Assembly: GCF_001194135.2 (NCBI RefSeq)
Contig: NC_068991.1
Span: forward strand, 7,291,988-7,355,987
Length of the DNA stretch: 64,000 nt
Direction: 5' to 3'
Origin: Octopus bimaculoides
Taxonomy: Eukaryota
Made by a program: the position numbers and the translations under genes. Under the pieces are notes generated by a model. The model was given only the letters and a program-made list of their open reading frames with translations. It searched no databases and was not told the origin of the DNA. Shown here in pieces: positions 63,693 through 64,000 of the stretch (position 1 is the first letter of the stretch; each line of letters starts with the position of its first letter).

Positions 63693-64000
63693 ATCATCAT
63701 CATCATCATCGTTTAACGTCCGCTTTCCATGCTAGCATGGGTTGGACGATTTGACTGAGGACTGGTGAAACCGGATGGCAACACCAGGCTCCAGTCTGAT
63801 TTGGCAGAGTTTCTACAGCTGGATGCCCTTCCTAACGCCAACCACTCAGAGAGTGTAGTGGGTGCTTTTACGTGTCACCCGCACGAAAACGGCCACGCTC
63901 GAAATGGTGTCTTTTATGTGCCACCCGCACAAGCCAGTCCAGGGGCACTGGCAACGATCTCGCTCGAAAATCCTACAGGAGCCAGTCAGGCGGTACTGGC
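63693..64000 (-). mobile_element. RTE LINE 3' end (continues beyond the window)
   Basis: 63710-63876 is identical to 46719-46885 (167 nt), plus a (CAT)n tail on the + strand. Confidence 0.9.

Overview
AT-rich eukaryotic genomic DNA with spliced genes and two assembly gaps. The SINE/RTE repeat landscape looks like a coleoid cephalopod, probably Octopus; this is an inference from remembered repeat families and was not database-checked. Four protein-coding genes were reconstructed exon by exon with consistent GT-AG phases. (1) A ~1153-aa secreted coiled-coil + fibrinogen-domain protein (+, 2219-9194). (2) ALKBH6 (-, 16562-12608, 231 aa). (3) A ~2402-aa Dicer (+, 20029-42308, 17 coding exons), head-to-head with ALKBH6, with intact RNase III catalytic motifs but five degenerate helicase ATPase motifs. 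(4) A divergent firefly-luciferase/4CL-like acyl-CoA synthetase (+, from 56553, running off the window). Introns and intergenic DNA hold tRNA-derived SINEs, RTE LINE 3' ends, mariner/Tigger/piggyBac-type relics, a Helitron helicase fragment and a Penelope-like fragment. The most interesting signals are RNA-structural: three hammerhead-ribozyme relics (one in a ~195-bp-period retrozyme-like unit) and several long fold-back hairpins, including a pre-miRNA-shaped 22-bp stem at ~10 kb and a ~45-bp stem inside a Dicer intron. All folds were paired by eye; none was computed.
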